Below, in pieces: positions 18,026 to 29,102 of a DNA stretch of 64,000 bases. Source of the stretch: Acidobacteriota bacterium (GTDB lineage Bacteria > Acidobacteriota > UBA890 > WLXD01); NCBI GenBank assembly GCA_963666215.2, contig CAXWPL010000001.1:192001-256000 (forward strand), read 5' to 3'. Position 1 is the stretch's first letter, and each line of letters begins with the position of its first letter. The notes under the pieces were generated by a model. That model saw nothing but the letters and a program-made list of their open reading frames with translations, searched no databases and was not told the origin of the DNA. A program made the position numbers and the translations under genes.

Positions 18026-19693
18026 CTAGTCAACAAACGTCACCTTGTTGATCTCACGCAGCGTTGTCACCCCAGCGCGGACCTTGTCGAGCGCCGAGTC
18101 GCGCAGGAACGTCATCCCCTCGAGCGCCGCTTGCCTCTTGATCTCGGAGGCCGGCCGCGACTCGAGGATCATCTCGCGCACGGCGTCCGACAAATCAAGA
18201 AGCTCGGCAATGACGGTGCGCCCGTGGAACCCGGTGCCACGGCAATCGCCGCAGCCGGTGCCCTCGAACAGAACCACCCCCTCCAAGTCTTCTGGACCCA
18301 ACCCGGATTCCTCGAGCAGCTCCGGAGTCGGTTTCACCTCGACCCGACAGCGCGGGCAAATTCTTCGAACCAACCGTTGCGCTAGGACGCAGTTGAGCGC
18401 TGAGACGAACTGGTAGGCCTCGACCTGCATGTTGAGCAAACGACCGATGACATCGACAACGTTGTTAGCGTGCACCGTGGTGAAGACAAGGTGCCCCGTC
18501 AGCGCCGATTGGACGGCGATATTGGCCGTCTCGGGGTCGCGGATCTCGCCGACCATGATGATGTCGGGATCGTGTCGCAGCACCGACCTCAGCCCGCGAG
18601 CAAAGGTGAGGCCCTTCTTTTCGTTGACAGGAATCTGTGTGATTCCTGGCAGCTGATACTCCACGGGATCCTCGATCGTGATGATCTTCTCTTCCTCGCT
18701 GCGAATCTCCGACAGGCAGGCGTAGAGCGTGGTTGTTTTGCCTGAGCCGGTCGGACCGGTAACCAGGAACATGCCGTAGGGCTCGCGGCTGTACTTGCGG
18801 GCATTGCGCAGCTGACTCTCTGTAAACCCCAAGCTGTCGAGCCGGAGCTCCGTGAATTCCTCCGACAGGTACCCCTTGTCGAGAATACGAATCACCGCAT
18901 CCTCACCGTGGATCGACGGCATGATCGAAACGCGGAAGTCGACCCGCCGGCCCTGCAGGTTGAGCTTGAAGCGACCGTCCTGTGGGACCCGCTTCTCGGC
19001 GATGTCGAGATCGCTCATCACCTTGATGCGCGAGATGATCGCGTCGTGATGGCGGAGCTCGATCGGGTCGAGTGCCTGATACAGAACGCCGTCGACGCGG
19101 TACTTGATCCACACCGAGTGATCGCGCGTCTCGATATGAATATCTGAGGCACGACGCTGCAACGCATTCAGCAGTGCCGAGTCGACGAGCCTGATAATCG
19201 GGTGACTCGCGTCGGTCGCGAGGCTGGCGAGCGTCAGACCCTCATCGTCCTCGGCATCGGCTTGCGTGCGCGCATCGGGCTCGAAGCGCTGCGTTACGGA
19301 GGCCAGAATACGCTCGCCTGCTCCCGCCCGTCTCAGCGCCCGCTCGACCGCGTTGGGAGCCGCCGCATTGACTTGAATAGGCGCGTCGAGCAGTCCCTCC
19401 AGCGCGTCGACGGCGCCCATATCCGCAGGGTCGGCAAGCGCCACCACGAGGGTCGCCGACTCGTCGTCACGGCGCGAAAGAGGAATGAAGGTGTGTCGAA
19501 CCATGAGCTCGATCGGTACTTGATCGAGGAGCGCGCTGTCGAGGATCACGTCGTCGAGATCGACGAAGGGGACGCCGAGCTCGAGCGCGCGGCGACGGGC
19601 AAGAGCGTCGAGCGCGGAGCCGCCACGAACCGAAGTGCCTCCGGAGAGCAACTCGCCCGACTCAACCGCATTGTCGACTCCGCTCGCGCTCAT
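18026..19693 (-). CDS. gspE: GspE/PilB-family assembly ATPase (intact paralogue)
   Basis: ASDIHIE, PQDGRF, GPTGSGKTTTLY, LRHDPD, GHLVFTTVHAN, CPRC/CGDC. Confidence 0.93.
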   Translation of the reverse strand: MSASGVDNAVESGELLSGGTSVRGGSALDALARRRALELGVPFVDLDDVILDSALLDQVPIELMVRHTFIPLSRRDDESATLVVALADPADMGAVDALEGLLDAPIQVNAAAPNAVERALRRAGAGERILASVTQRFEPDARTQADAEDDEGLTLASLATDASHPIIRLVDSALLNALQRRASDIHIETRDHSVWIKYRVDGVLYQALDPIELRHHDAIISRIKVMSDLDIAEKRVPQDGRFKLNLQGRRVDFRVSIMPSIHGEDAVIRILDKGYLSEEFTELRLDSLGFTESQLRNARKYSREPYGMFLVTGPTGSGKTTTLYACLSEIRSEEEKIITIEDPVEYQLPGITQIPVNEKKGLTFARGLRSVLRHDPDIIMVGEIRDPETANIAVQSALTGHLVFTTVHANNVVDVIGRLLNMQVEAYQFVSALNCVLAQRLVRRICPRCRVEVKPTPELLEESGLGPEDLEGVVLFEGTGCGDCRGTGFHGRTVIAELLDLSDAVREMILESRPASEIKRQAALEGMTFLRDSALDKVRAGVTTLREINKVTFVD

Positions 19694-20982
19694 CCCACCA
19701 CCTGTACGATTCGGAACAAGGGCAAGTACAACGACAGCAGGATACTCGCCACGATCAACCCCATGATGACCAGCATTGCGGGCTGGATCAGGCCGACCAT
19801 GGTCGTGACCTGGCGCTGCAGCACCTCGTCGTAGGTCTTGGCCACGTGCTCGAGCATCGTTTCGAGCGAGCCGCTCGATTCACCTACCTGAACCATCTCG
19901 AGGCCGAGCGGCTCGAGCAGGCCTTGTGTCTCGAAGGCGAGATGCAAGCTCGAGCCTTCGGTGACGCGCTCGGCCACGTTCTGAATGCGACGACGATAGG
20001 CTCGGTTCGCGGTTCCCTCGGCGGTAACCCGCAGGGCGCGCACCAGCGGGGCACCGCCGCGGAGCAGGGTCGACAGCGTGCGCGCCGTCTCGAGCCCCAG
20101 ATAACGCAGGCGAAGGTGGCCGAGCCCGGGGACCCGGAGCTTGGCCGCGTCGAGGATGTCACGACCCGCGTCGGTTCGAGCCCAGCGACTGAAGAGCGTG
20201 CCACCTCCCACGGCTGCTGCGAGCAGCAGCAGCCCGTACGCGCTCAAGAAGTGAGAAAAGCCCACCAGCATCCGAGTCGTCAACGGCAGCTCGGCATCCG
20301 AGGCAGAGTAGAAATTTGCGAATCGCGGGATCACGAAGATGATCAGGATCATGACGACGATCGCCGAGATGACCAGCAGCACGAGCGGATAGATCATCGC
20401 GGCGGTTACCTGCAGGCTCAAGGCCCGCGAGCGCTCCAGGTGTTCGGTGTACCGCCGGATCGGTGTAACCACATCGCCGCTGGCCTCTCCGACCTCGAGC
20501 GATGTCACGAACAACTCGGGCAACCCGACACGCTCGATCTCTGGACGGAAGGCTCCGGAGAGGCTTTCCCCGGTTGCCACCCCGGCGCGCACCCGGTCGA
20601 GCATGCTGCCGACCACGCTGCCTGAGCGGCGCGTCCTCAGGATGTCGATGCAGCGGAGCAACGGTAGGCCTGCGCCAATCAGCGCGGCGAGCTCTTGGTT
20701 GAGAAGCAACAGGTCAGATGTCGCCACGCGAGCGCGGCGCTCGAACCAGCCCCGCTGTTCTTGCGCTCCGGAATGGCTATCTCTCCCGCCGCGCGGCTTG
20801 GTCAGCGCGTGCCAAATACGCCGCCCGAGCGCAAAGCTGCCGGAGGCATGCTCTTCGACCTCGAAAACCTGAAGGCCCTCGTTCTCGAGAAGCTCGCGCG
20901 CCGCATTCGGCGATGCCGCCGACACCAACCGCGCGGCCAGCGCGCCCTGCGTCGTTCCGACGCGACAGCGAAAATCGCCCAT
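19690..20982 (-). CDS. gspF: GspF/PilC-family platform protein
   Basis: NQELAALIGAGLPL, VGEASGD, MIYP, VGESSGSL, LYLPLF. Confidence 0.92.
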   Translation of the reverse strand: MGDFRCRVGTTQGALAARLVSAASPNAARELLENEGLQVFEVEEHASGSFALGRRIWHALTKPRGGRDSHSGAQEQRGWFERRARVATSDLLLLNQELAALIGAGLPLLRCIDILRTRRSGSVVGSMLDRVRAGVATGESLSGAFRPEIERVGLPELFVTSLEVGEASGDVVTPIRRYTEHLERSRALSLQVTAAMIYPLVLLVISAIVVMILIIFVIPRFANFYSASDAELPLTTRMLVGFSHFLSAYGLLLLAAAVGGGTLFSRWARTDAGRDILDAAKLRVPGLGHLRLRYLGLETARTLSTLLRGGAPLVRALRVTAEGTANRAYRRRIQNVAERVTEGSSLHLAFETQGLLEPLGLEMVQVGESSGSLETMLEHVAKTYDEVLQRQVTTMVGLIQPAMLVIMGLIVASILLSLYLPLFRIVQVVG

Positions 20983-20999
20983 TGCAGTCGGCGCGCCCG

Positions 21000-22064
21000 C
21001 TAGCGCTGTGCCGTGGCGGCAGGATCGCCGTCCGCCGCGGGCAACAACCGGAGCGCCACAACCAAAGAAGTCACCTGCTCGCCAATGTCCGGGAAGCCGA
21101 TCACGAAGATCTTGCCAGCTTCCAGTCGCAGACTCCCGCCCTGTGACTGACCGGCACCGATGAGCGTCACATCGTTCAGCGAGCCGTCGGAAGCAACGCT
21201 GAAGCGCAACACGTAGCCGGGCGCGAGCTCGGCCTCAATCGGTTCCGACAGCTCGGTCAAGGCACCAGCCTCGCCCTGCCAGCGACCGAGGAGGGCGTAG
21301 TCGACGAACGGCAATGTGCCGCGCAGGCGAGCGCGGACGTCGGCAATGGCAGAGCCGCCACCGGCTCCAAGGAAAGTCTCCCCAACGAGGGCGTCAGCCG
21401 GCGCAGATCCCGTGTAGCCGCGCAGCAGCCTGACGTCCAGACGACGGCTTGCCAACGATGGCGGACTGTCGGCTAGGTCGCCGCGCCGTTCGATGGGCGC
21501 CGATTCGGCCACTATGCGGACATCGGACGGCGAACGGTCACCGTCCAGACCAACCGACCCGCCGGCTCCGGCGGCGTCATCGGCGCGACGTTCTGCCTCC
21601 GGTAAAAGCAACACCAACTGATCGGGATCGTTGTCCTCCGACGTGAGCAACGGCTCAACCTCGCCCCGCTCGGCGGCTTCGGACGCGCTGGGACCCGTGC
21701 CGCCCGTCGCTGCGCGACTGTCAGGCTGGGCGCCCGCGGCGAGCGATGAGCCGCTCGGCACTGCCGGCGTGGTGGGGTCGTCAAGCAAACCCGAGAGCAC
21801 GAGCCCGGCGCCGATGAGCACTACAGCCAGCGCCCCGGCGGCAAACGCGTATCGAGTGTGCGTGAAGACCGGCGTGCGTCCGCGGCCGAACGGCCACCAG
21901 GTGGCGCGATCGTCAACCGGCGGCTGCAGCTCCCTGGCCAAACGCTGCCAAGCTCGACGGCTGTCGAGCTCAGCGGTCGACCGCCCCGCAAGGTTGCGAA
22001 AGACATCTTCCGGGCCCGAATCGCCGTTCTGGTCGCTGTGAAATCCGTTGGGACCTTCGCTCAT
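21000..22064 (-). CDS. single-pass membrane protein, putative anti-sigma factor with extracytoplasmic C-terminal domain
   Basis: ATG 22064 with AGGAGGAG RBS, AWQRLARELQ helix, one TM, low-complexity linker; ECF sigma lies upstream on the same strand. Confidence 0.55.
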   Translation of the reverse strand: MSEGPNGFHSDQNGDSGPEDVFRNLAGRSTAELDSRRAWQRLARELQPPVDDRATWWPFGRGRTPVFTHTRYAFAAGALAVVLIGAGLVLSGLLDDPTTPAVPSGSSLAAGAQPDSRAATGGTGPSASEAAERGEVEPLLTSEDNDPDQLVLLLPEAERRADDAAGAGGSVGLDGDRSPSDVRIVAESAPIERRGDLADSPPSLASRRLDVRLLRGYTGSAPADALVGETFLGAGGGSAIADVRARLRGTLPFVDYALLGRWQGEAGALTELSEPIEAELAPGYVLRFSVASDGSLNDVTLIGAGQSQGGSLRLEAGKIFVIGFPDIGEQVTSLVVALRLLPAADGDPAATAQR

Positions 22065-22276
22065 GACTCCTCCTGGATCTTTCATACGGAGCCGACGCTG
22101 CGAACGTCCAACGCCGTTCCACTGACGACCCGTCGGGGCGAGCGCGCTACCCGTCGATTCGAACGCCACTCGGCTCGATGGGCGTACAGCCGACGGCCCG
22201 CCGTGCAAACGAAGTAGGAACCTGCAGAGTCGGGTAACCTCGTGCGAGAAGGATTCCGCGCTCAGGAGAAGAAACC

Positions 22277-23029
22277 ATGACAGCCGAACGCGCCGCAGGC
22301 ACCACCGGAGCTGCCGGCGCGGATGGCGGCGAGTTGGCCGACGCGACCCTCGGAGCCAACCCGTCGCCCGAACGATCACGGATGAGGTTGCTAGGGAGCC
22401 GCAGGGGTGTGGGATTAGCGGCGGTCGCGGCGCTTCTGCTGCTCTTGACCGCACCGAGCTGCCTGGGAGCGATCGGCCACTGGCTCGTGGTGTCGGACGA
22501 GCTGGCGCCCGCTGAGGCGATTTTTGTTCACGCCGGCCGAGTGCCGTTTCGTGCCATCGAGGCGGCGCGCATCTACAACGACGGCTTCGCCCCGGAAGTC
22601 TGGCTGGCGGACATCGCGCCAACGATGGAATCGGCGGCGCTGGCTCGACTGGGTATCGAGCGCCACGAGTCCTGGTTCTACAACAAAAAGGTTCTCGAGG
22701 CGATGGGGGTGCCCTCGGAGGCGATCCGTCGGCTCGACCAGCCGGTGCTCAACACCTACGACGAGATTCAGTCGGTTGTCGGCGAGTTGCAACGCTTGGG
22801 CGCCCGCCGGGTCATTCTCGTGACCTCGATGCAACACACGCGGCGAGTACGGGCGGTCTGGCGAGCCCTGGCCGACGATCAGGTGTCGGCCATCGTCCGC
22901 CCCACGCGACGCGACTCCTTCGACCCCGACGGATGGTGGCGCAACACCACCGATATCAAAGCGGTCTTCGTGGAGCTTGTTGGCCTGGTCAACGTAGGGT
23001 TGGGGTTCCCCTTGCGCCCTGAGCAGTAA
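22277..23029 (+). CDS. YdcF/DUF218 (ElyC/SanA-like) family protein
   Basis: N-terminal TM, RAIEAARIY, GVPSEAI, NTYDE, ILVTSMQHTRR; AGGAG RBS. Confidence 0.85.
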   Translation: MTAERAAGTTGAAGADGGELADATLGANPSPERSRMRLLGSRRGVGLAAVAALLLLLTAPSCLGAIGHWLVVSDELAPAEAIFVHAGRVPFRAIEAARIYNDGFAPEVWLADIAPTMESAALARLGIERHESWFYNKKVLEAMGVPSEAIRRLDQPVLNTYDEIQSVVGELQRLGARRVILVTSMQHTRRVRAVWRALADDQVSAIVRPTRRDSFDPDGWWRNTTDIKAVFVELVGLVNVGLGFPLRPEQ

Positions 23030-23061
23030 AGTGGCCCCGGCCCGGCGCATCGAAATCCGTC

Positions 23062-24984
23062 TCAGGACGCGGTGGAGTCCTCCAGCAATTCTTTCGGAGG
23101 CCCGAGATTGGCTTCGGGAAGGATTTCTGCAAAGAGATCTCGCACCATCTGATGGTCGGCGCTGGTTGACAGGGCGCGAAGCCTGTCCAGCGCCGAGGCC
23201 ACGTGGTGCGGCGGCAATGGCGGGATCCTGCCGATGAAGATCTTGGGATGACGAGTCTTCGCCAGTTCCTCGGCGTCGTGACCGATCTCCTCGAAGAGCT
23301 TCTCCCCCGGTCTGATACCGCTGAACTCGAGGGCGATATCCACGTGCGGCACGAAGCCGTGCAGCGAAATCATGCGCTCGGCCAGGTCGACGATGCGCAC
23401 AGGCTCACCCATGTCGAGAACGAAGATCTCGCCACCCTCGCCCATCGCCGCCGCCTCGAGAACCAGGTGGACGGCCTCCGTCACGGTCATGAAGTAACGC
23501 CGCATCTCCGGGTGCGTGACCGTCACTGGCCCACCGGCGTCGATCTGTTCGGCGAAGATCGGCAACACCGACCCGGCCGACTCCAAGACGTTGCCGAAGC
23601 GCACGGCGACATATCGGGTATCGAAGCGCGAGTCCAAATCCTGTATCGCCAGCTCGGCGAGACGCTTGGTCGCGCCCATGACCGAGGTCGGGAAAACTGC
23701 CTTGTCCGTGGAGATCAACACAAACGTCTCGACACCGGAACAACCCGCCCGCTCGGCGAGCGTGTGGGTGGCGAGGACGTTGTTGCGTACGGCCTCAGCG
23801 GCGTTCGACTCCATGAGCGGCACGTGCTTGTGGGCCGCCGCGTGGACGATAATCTCGGGCCGAAGCTCCCGGAAAAGGTACTCAACGCGGTGGGGGTCGC
23901 CAATATCGCCGACGATTGCCGAGATATCGGTGTCAGTGGAGCGAGCCTGAAGCTCGCGATCAATCTCGAAGAGAGCGTTCTCGGCGCGTTCGACGAGCGC
24001 CAGGCTATGGGGTCGAAAATGGACGATCTGACGCGCCAGCTCGGCGCCAATCGAGCCCCCGGCACCGGTCACCAGCACGCGCTTGCCGCTCAGGAAGTGG
24101 TCGAGACGGTCGCGATCGAGACGCAGCGGCTCACGTTGGAGCAGCTGCTCTGGATCGACCTGACGGAAGCGGCTGATCTCCAGATTTCCCTGCAGAAGCT
24201 CGTAAAGGCCGGGGACCTTTCGCACTCGCAATCCTAGCTGGCCGGCGAGCTCTCCGACCCGTCGAACCACCGCCGATTGCGGCTCGGCGATCGTAATCAC
24301 GAGCTCCTGGATCTCGTGCTCTCGCACCAGTCGCGGCAGCTCGTGCGTCGTGCCGAGAACCCTCACTCCATTGATGACCATGCCGCCCTTGAGCGGATCG
24401 TCGTCGACAAAGCCAATGATCTGAACGGCCACGTCGCCGCGGTTCTGGATCTCGCGGGCAGCCAGGATCCCGGCACGGCCCGCGCCCACCAGCAGCACAC
24501 GCCTGAGCTGTTGGTGCGAATCCTGCCGCCGCCGTTCTGTGCTCTCGAACAACATCCGCCGCGCCACCCGCACGCCCAGGAGGCCGAGAAACGCCAACGC
24601 GGCATTGATGAAGATCACCGAAAGCGGCACGCGCCAGGCCTGGAAAGTCGGCGGCAGTAAGACGCGCAGGATCAACAGCGGCACCGCCGTAAACAGCATC
24701 GCACGGCCGAACGCGGGTAGATCCCGTAGACCCGTGTAACGCCAGACGAAAGTCTGCGCACCAGCGACGACCAGTCCGGCGAACTCGAGGGCCAGCACGA
24801 TCGGGAGCTGCGTCACCATGGAGCGAAAGTTATTCGCCGGGACCGCGAAATCGAAACGCAGCTGGTAGGCAAACCAAAATGAGGCGGCCAGCACCGAGAA
24901 GTCGGTCAGGAGCAGAGCCCACCGGCGTGGAGAGCGCATGTTCAACCGCGGCGCGGTGCTGAGCAGCGAAGGGGATGGGCTCAT
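23062..24984 (-). CDS. membrane-bound UDP-GlcNAc 4,6-dehydratase (PglF/WbpM/CapD family)
   Basis: Four TM helices, VGAGRAG, VTGAGGSIG, HAAAHKHVPLME, ISTDKAV, MGATK, VRFGNVL, GIRPGEKL. Confidence 0.94.
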   Translation of the reverse strand: MSPSPSLLSTAPRLNMRSPRRWALLLTDFSVLAASFWFAYQLRFDFAVPANNFRSMVTQLPIVLALEFAGLVVAGAQTFVWRYTGLRDLPAFGRAMLFTAVPLLILRVLLPPTFQAWRVPLSVIFINAALAFLGLLGVRVARRMLFESTERRRQDSHQQLRRVLLVGAGRAGILAAREIQNRGDVAVQIIGFVDDDPLKGGMVINGVRVLGTTHELPRLVREHEIQELVITIAEPQSAVVRRVGELAGQLGLRVRKVPGLYELLQGNLEISRFRQVDPEQLLQREPLRLDRDRLDHFLSGKRVLVTGAGGSIGAELARQIVHFRPHSLALVERAENALFEIDRELQARSTDTDISAIVGDIGDPHRVEYLFRELRPEIIVHAAAHKHVPLMESNAAEAVRNNVLATHTLAERAGCSGVETFVLISTDKAVFPTSVMGATKRLAELAIQDLDSRFDTRYVAVRFGNVLESAGSVLPIFAEQIDAGGPVTVTHPEMRRYFMTVTEAVHLVLEAAAMGEGGEIFVLDMGEPVRIVDLAERMISLHGFVPHVDIALEFSGIRPGEKLFEEIGHDAEELAKTRHPKIFIGRIPPLPPHHVASALDRLRALSTSADHQMVRDLFAEILPEANLGPPKELLEDSTAS

Positions 24985-25198
24985 GACCTATCGAATCCGG
25001 GAAACTAGCTGGCGGTCCGACACTCTTGCTTCGCCTCCTACCACGGGATTGCTGGTCGTCTAGATCGCCGATTATAGTGGACGCTTGGCCGTTCCTGGAC
25101 GCCTGAGCACAGCCCCAGCCAACGTGAGCGGCCAACTGCGGACCCTCGAGCGCACGTCGGCGAGGCGGGTTCGAGCGAGGCTGGCACGTTACGACGAT

Positions 25199-26335
<1,137 letters not shown>

Positions 26336-26363
26336 CGAGTGAGCGTAACGCGTGTGCCGGTGT

Positions 26364-27146
26364 TCACCGCGCCGCTCCAACGTTGTCGTTGGAGGGCTGC
26401 GTCCCGAACTTCCGTAAATACTCGGGGTAGCGCTCGGCGATCCCCTTTCGGAGGGTCTTTCGAGCGAGGGCGACGTGGCTGCGTACCGTCGAAAGGCTGC
26501 AACCGAGAATCTCGGCGACCTCTCGGGCATCGATTCCCTCGATAATGCGGAGGGCGAAGGCCGCCCGCTGTTGAGGAGGCAACCCGTCAGCCAGATCGTC
26601 CCACACCGCTTGGACCTCGGCGCTTCGCGCCGGCAGACTCACGTCGGATGATTCGCTCGGCGCGGGCACGGCCTCCAGCGTCACAGCCGCGGGCCCGGCG
26701 TTCTCGTCGGATGCGTCGCGCAGCGGCACGCGCCGCCGCGCCTCGGTTCTGCCTGAGCGCCAGCGATCGATGGCCTTGTTGGTGGCGATGCGTGTAAGCC
26801 AGGTGTCGACAGCGAAATCGGTGCGATAGGTCGAAGCGCTCTTCCATAGCGCCAGGAAGGTCTCCTGCAGCACCTCCTCGGCGGTCGCCGCGTTGCCGAC
26901 AATCTGGTAAGCAACGAGATAAACATGGCGATGCTTGCTCTCGAAGAGCACCTGGAAAGCAGCCTCGTCGCCTTGGGCGACGGCGGCCAGCAGCGCGGCG
27001 TCGGCGACGCGCGTCGGGCTCGGCTCGGCTTCAGCTTGGCCGAGCGCCAACTCCTGAGGCTGCTCTGGCTGTTGCCTCCGCTCAGGTCGCTCTGGCTCGC
27101 AGACCGACGAGCCGCGGCCCACAAGCCCACCCTCGCGCTCTCCCAT
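26364..27146 (-). CDS. ECF RNA polymerase sigma factor
   Basis: GDEAAF, AEEVLQETF, TWLTRIATN (region 2); LPPQQRAAF...EVAEILGCSLSTVRSH (region 4). Confidence 0.92.
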   Translation of the reverse strand: MGEREGGLVGRGSSVCEPERPERRQQPEQPQELALGQAEAEPSPTRVADAALLAAVAQGDEAAFQVLFESKHRHVYLVAYQIVGNAATAEEVLQETFLALWKSASTYRTDFAVDTWLTRIATNKAIDRWRSGRTEARRRVPLRDASDENAGPAAVTLEAVPAPSESSDVSLPARSAEVQAVWDDLADGLPPQQRAAFALRIIEGIDAREVAEILGCSLSTVRSHVALARKTLRKGIAERYPEYLRKFGTQPSNDNVGAAR

Positions 27147-27152
27147 GTGACG

Positions 27153-28181
27153 CTAACGTTCCGCGGCGTGAGCTAGCGAGGGCACCTGGATGACTTCCGT
27201 CTTGCGTCCGAAGATCATCTTGCCCGCGCTCGTCTGCAACACCGACTTTACCTGCAGCTCGATCGTGTCGCCGCGGTCGTCGCGGGCATCGTCGACCACG
27301 ACCATCGTGCCGTCGTCGAGGTCCCCCACCCCCTGTCCAGCCTCCTTGCCCTCCTTGCCCTCCTTGACGATATAGACCGACATGCGCTCTCCCGGCAGGT
27401 AGGCCGGTTTGAGAGCCTGCGCCAGCTCGTTGACGTTCAGGGTTTCGACACCGCGCACGCGTGCCACCTTCTGCAGGTTGAAGTCGTTGGTGACGACCTT
27501 CGCGTCCAGCTCCTTGGCGAGCTGCACCAACTTCAGGTCCACCTCCGGGATTTCCGGGAAGTCGGTCTCGGAAACCTGCAACGTCAACCCAGGCATCTTC
27601 TGCAAGCGCTGGAGAATGTCGAGGCCGCGGCGCCCGCGGTTGCGCTTGAACGCGTCGGTTGAATCGGCGACCTGTTGCAGCTCGCCAATGACGAAGTGAG
27701 GCACAACCAGAACACCGTCAATGAATCCCGCTTCGGCCACCTCCGCGATGCGGCCGTCGATGATCACGCTGGTGTCGAGCAGCTTGTACCAGCGTGACTC
27801 GCCACGGTCGCCGAACCAGCTCTTGATCGCGCCCGCGGTGATCCACTCGCCCTTCTTGGCGCCAACGATCACTCCCAGGTAGCCGAAGATGAGCAAAGCG
27901 ATGATCTGCAGGACCGTCCGGCCGCCGTCAGAGATCTGAATCAGTCGCGCCAGCAAGCCGAGTCCGAGCGCGAACAGCAACCCCAACGCACCACCCAGGA
28001 GCCCGCCGACGAGGACATTCGACGGCAGGCTGCGCAACTTGACCTCCACGGCAATCGTCGCCGCCGACAAAGCCAGCCCGATCACCAGCCCATTGTTGGG
28101 CCCGATCTCCCAGGGCTCGGCGAAGTAGCCGCGCGCGCCGCAAAGCACCACGAATAGTGCGCGAACCAGCATCGTGCCCAT
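27153..28181 (-). CDS. membrane-anchored PIN/TRAM domain protein (YacL family)
   Basis: LDTSVIIDGRI, KRNRGRRGLDIL, TNDFNL, DDGTMVVV, VLQTSAGKMIF. Confidence 0.93.
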   Translation of the reverse strand: MGTMLVRALFVVLCGARGYFAEPWEIGPNNGLVIGLALSAATIAVEVKLRSLPSNVLVGGLLGGALGLLFALGLGLLARLIQISDGGRTVLQIIALLIFGYLGVIVGAKKGEWITAGAIKSWFGDRGESRWYKLLDTSVIIDGRIAEVAEAGFIDGVLVVPHFVIGELQQVADSTDAFKRNRGRRGLDILQRLQKMPGLTLQVSETDFPEIPEVDLKLVQLAKELDAKVVTNDFNLQKVARVRGVETLNVNELAQALKPAYLPGERMSVYIVKEGKEGKEAGQGVGDLDDGTMVVVDDARDDRGDTIELQVKSVLQTSAGKMIFGRKTEVIQVPSLAHAAER

Positions 28182-28304
28182 GGAAAGACGGATGCTCCTG
28201 ATGGAGTTGGGGGAATCGGCATGCGCGCTCGCTCGTGAGACTTACTCGTGGGGCGCGCACGGAGAGATTATAGACGCCTACGGCGCTCCGTCTCCGAGCA
28301 CACG

Positions 28305-28334
28305 AAAGGCCGGAGAGCACACGCTCCCCGGCCT
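28305..28334 (-). terminator. intrinsic terminator of hsp20
   Basis: GGCCGGGGAGC-GTGT-GCTCTCCGGCC-TTT on the minus strand, ~25 nt after the stop. Confidence 0.7.
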
Positions 28335-28356
28335 CCCAACGTGCGGGCTCGACGGC

Positions 28357-28821
28357 TCAGTTCACTTTGACGGCAATCTTCTTGGGCTGGGCGGCCTCGA
28401 CCTTCGGCAAGACGATCTCCAGCACGCCGTTCCTGAAGTTGGCATCAATCGCATCCTGATCGACGAGGTTCGGAAGGCCGAACATGCGGTGGAAGCTGCC
28501 GTAGCGGCTCTCCAGGCGGCGGTAGTGTCCCGCGTTCTCCTCGTTCTCGAGCTTCTTCTCGCCCTTCAGGCTCAGCCGGTTGTTCTCGACGGTGATCTCC
28601 ACCTCTTCCTCCGACAGTCCGGGAAGCTCGGCGCGGATCCGGATCTCAGTGTCGTTCTCGACGACATCCATCGGTGGCGCCCAGGTCGACGCGCTCTGGT
28701 TATCGGATCCCTCCGACTGATCTCGACCGGCGAGAGCGCCGCCGAGCACGCGATCGAGCTGGCCGGCGAGGTTGGCAAAGCCTGTGAGGTCATGAAACGG
28801 GTCGTAGCGACGGACGAGCAT
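28357..28821 (-). CDS. Hsp20/alpha-crystallin small heat-shock protein
   Basis: WAPPMDV, AELPGL, ESRYGSFHR, ANFRNGVLEI; GAGGAGG RBS before ATG 28821. Confidence 0.95.
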   Translation of the reverse strand: MLVRRYDPFHDLTGFANLAGQLDRVLGGALAGRDQSEGSDNQSASTWAPPMDVVENDTEIRIRAELPGLSEEEVEITVENNRLSLKGEKKLENEENAGHYRRLESRYGSFHRMFGLPNLVDQDAIDANFRNGVLEIVLPKVEAAQPKKIAVKVN

Positions 28822-28937
28822 GTTAGCTCCCTCCTCTTGATGTGGTGACAGTGCGCTTGCCAGCCGACCCGAGATCAAGCCGTGTCTATGTGGTAGACCC
28901 GTGCCGTACCGGCGATTTCTTGAACTGATATCTCAGG

Positions 28938-28967
28938 ATAATAAAATCTTAGTCTCTTACTGTCAAG
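28938..28967 (-). promoter_or_regulatory. sigma70 promoter of hsp20 overlapped by a HAIR-like imperfect inverted repeat
   Basis: TTGACA-N17-TATTAT; CTTGAC-N8-ACTAAG spans the -35 and spacer. Confidence 0.7.
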
Positions 28968-29102
28968 TCTTATCAGCACAGATGCGGAGATCTTGACGCG
29001 GGCGTGAGTCGAGGCGAAGTGGAGATCCGAAAGCCGCACGAACCGTTTTGTACCCGCCGCTCGTCACGAAGCCGGGGTGGCGAGCGACGAGCTCGCGACT
29101 CG

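Noticed and set aside
22200-22275. Possible remnant of the ECF sigma 3' end (RGILLARGYPTL vs KGIAERYPEYL), which would parallel the alr duplication
   Set aside because: Similarity is too weak and gapped to support by eye.
22065-22622. Long N-terminal extension of the 540-aa ORF at 21000-22622
   Set aside because: Overlaps ydcF on the other strand; the strong RBS supports ATG 22064.
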